A DNA stretch of 22,715 nt from contig NW_021836719.1 of NCBI RefSeq assembly GCF_006345805.1, forward strand, positions 1 to 22,715, in the 5' to 3' direction. The stretch is from Octopus sinensis (taxonomy: Eukaryota). How positions within the stretch are numbered: the first letter of the stretch is position 1; every line of letters begins with the position of its first letter. The position numbers and the translations under genes are program-made. Positions 20,642 to 22,715 of this stretch are shown here, piece by piece. The notes under the pieces were generated by a model. The model worked only from the letters and a program-made list of their open reading frames with translations. It was not told where the DNA came from and did no database searches.

Positions 20642-20848
20642 ATTGTTGCTATTTCATTTAGCGGCTAGGCTTGAAATGGAACCTGTCTATATTGTAGACC
20701 AATTCCACTGTTCAACAAACATGGGTTTCAGTGTTAGGAAGCAGAACATCATCAGTTTCTACTGAACTTCCTTGTATTTGAGTTGCTAAATTGATAAAAT
20801 AAATGTAAATGTATTTTAATTTTTCTTCTCCTTTTCTTTCCTAAACAG

Positions 20849-20971
20849 GTTCGGAGAATTCAAATGATCGATTTTCTGGAGTCATTAAAAAAGATCCGAA
20901 GGAGTGTACCACCTGAGAGTCTTGAAAAATACGACAAATGGAACCAACACTATGGAGATATTACAACATAA
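20849..20971 (+). CDS. SPAST: Spastin last coding exon (123 nt including stop; equivalent to human exon 17)
   Basis: Strong polypyrimidine tract plus cag acceptor (20847-20848). Encodes [40 protein letters not shown], matching the spastin C-terminus (human [40 protein letters not shown]). Confidence 0.95.
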   Translation, partial: VRRIQMIDFLESLKKIRRSVPPESLEKYDKWNQHYGDITT

Positions 20972-21021
20972 TAATAATAATAATAATAATGATAACTAAT
21001 AATAATAATAATAATAATAAT
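20969..21021. repeat. (TAA)n microsatellite starting at the spastin stop codon
   Basis: Direct reading. Confidence 0.95.
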
Positions 21022-21138
21022 ATGTTAATGCTGTGTGTTTTAAGTGGAAATCTTTCTTTACTTTGCCAGAACTTTTTGGCTAAACATTAATTTTGCCCAA
21101 CAATTAAAACACTCTGGACACTGCCTGTTGATATCAAG

Positions 21139-21340
21139 TTATATATATATATACATACATACACATGTATGTATGTGTGTGTGTGTATATATACGCATGT
21201 ATGTGTGTGTATACATGTATATATATATATATATGTGTGTGAATGTATGTGTATATATATACACACACACACACACACATCTATGTATGTGTGCAATATA
21301 TATATATATACACATGCATGTCTGCAAAGACACACTCATA
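21139..21340. repeat. Compound (TA)/(TG)/(CA) microsatellite
   Basis: About 200 nt of almost uninterrupted purine-pyrimidine alternation. Confidence 0.95.
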
Positions 21341-22334
21341 CACTAATATATCTTCTCTATTGGATGAACAAGTATATTTATTTGCATATGGTTGTATATC
21401 AAAAAACATTGTTTTGACATGTGCATATTTCGGCATTTAGTATACTGTATATGTGTGTATGTTTGTATGTATGTGCGAAAATAATTATATTAATAACTGA
21501 TTAATAATTAGACCTCTAAGGGGGTGCAGTGTGTGTATGCATGCATGTGTGTGTGTGGTCTTGTACAGTCGGTGTCAAAGAATGTCTGAAGAGTAAATGC
21601 CACACATTGCAATTATATTATTGTCTAAATGGAATTCTGTTTGATGGTTAGATGAGTGACAAAATGGTTAGTGTATGTAGAGTTATGGAGAGTTTATGGA
21701 CCAATTGTATATGCAAACAGTTTTCATTGCAATAATCTAAATGGTTAAAACTTGGTTAAAAGTCACTGGGTACCTTTTTTATGTTTGTCTCCTTCTGAGA
21801 CAAGAGAAAGGAAATCTAGCGACAGTCTTTTTTGTATAGTTTTCTTTTTCAAGTTCATTTCCCTCCCGCCTTTTTTAAATTTATTTTTGAAATTTTTTGA
21901 TTAAAAAGTTTTTTTTTTTCTTTTTTCAGTTCTGGACAACTAGTCCTAATGTAAATACTTTTGTTATCTTTTGTTTCTAAGCTGTTTCCCCTACCCTCCA
22001 CCACAAATTCTTGTTTCTGAAACCGATGTTGCTGTTACAGCTGTTATCTAAGCACCAGGCAAAAACTTTTATTTTCTGGGAGAAAACAAAAACCGAAAAA
22101 AAAAAAAGAGAAAAAAAAGAAAATTAAAAAAAAAAAAGAGTAAAAGAAGAAACCTCAACAGAAACTAAGAGACAAAAAAACATTCACCAATGATTTAAAT
22201 GTGGTAAAAAATTTCTTTGGGGTAGGAAAAAAAAAGGAAAAAGAAATGCTTTCTTCTATTTTACAGTTGTTCTCGATGGTGCAAGAATGTTATTTTGGCC
22301 TTTATTAATTTTTCTTTGAGTGTGTTGTGTGTGC

Positions 22335-22377
<43 letters not shown>

Positions 22378-22484
22378 GGTATGTTGATGCAAGTAGGAAA
22401 AATAGAACTAAAAATATGAGTGTGTGTGTGGGGTGTGTGTGTAATATATTATATTATATAATATATATATTTATTAATAGTTAG

Positions 22485-22619
22485 CAGAAGTAACAGAGTG
22501 ACTCACGGTCAAGAGCTTTGCATGCTGGCCACTTGACAAAAATTTTTTTTTTAATATTTCATTTATTGATAAGTGGCAGTTTACAAACTCTCAGACCGTG
22601 AGTTACTCTGTTACTCCTG
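22485..22619. repeat. Long imperfect inverted repeat / hairpin
   Basis: agtaacagagtgactcacggtc (22489-22510) pairs with gaccgtgagttactctgttact (22594-22615). Pairing continues inward (gagctttg...gccactt / aagtggc...caaactc). Confidence 0.9.
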
Positions 22620-22632
22620 ATAAATATTATAT

Positions 22633-22668
<36 letters not shown>

Positions 22669-22715
22669 CATACACACACAAAGTGTATGTATGTGTGGTT
22701 TGTTGTGTGTGAGTA

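Larger units (their letters stand above)
20972..22715 (+). other. SPAST: Probable spastin 3' UTR / downstream region (end not defined)
   Basis: Follows the stop codon. I saw no canonical AATAAA; ATTAAA variants occur at 21103, 21900 and 22123. Confidence 0.5.

Noticed and set aside
21044-21440. Overlapping ORFs rich in Y/I/V/C/H/T (likewise 4438-4737, 5207-5551, 11566-11849, 16734-17072, 17508-17840)
   Set aside because: These are translations of dinucleotide microsatellites and SINEs.

Overview
AT-rich, microsatellite- and repeat-dense eukaryotic DNA. The SINE and LINE content looks like a coleoid cephalopod such as Octopus (inference). The only host gene I can support is the 3' end of spastin (SPAST, AAA ATPase) on the + strand. 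Three coding exons missed by the ORF track (1787-1857, 5024-5064, 20849-20971) splice to ...[77 protein letters not shown]. The introns (3166 and 15784 nt) contain a 5'-truncated, inactivated RTE-clade LINE, older antisense RTE relics, a decayed hAT transposase, at least three tRNA-derived SINE families and TTAA-ended MITE-like repeats. Most notable observations: (1) an inverted pair of Penelope-type minimal hammerhead ribozyme motifs at the window start; (2) a PHD-like finger inserted inside the RTE reverse transcriptase, seen in two copies; (3) a structured 63-bp tandem unit in the RTE 3' region; (4) a long, complex-sequence hairpin downstream of the spastin stop; (5) several inverted-repeat pairs in the pre-mRNA. 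All calls were made by eye, so repeat boundaries are approximate. I found no clear multi-gene novel system.
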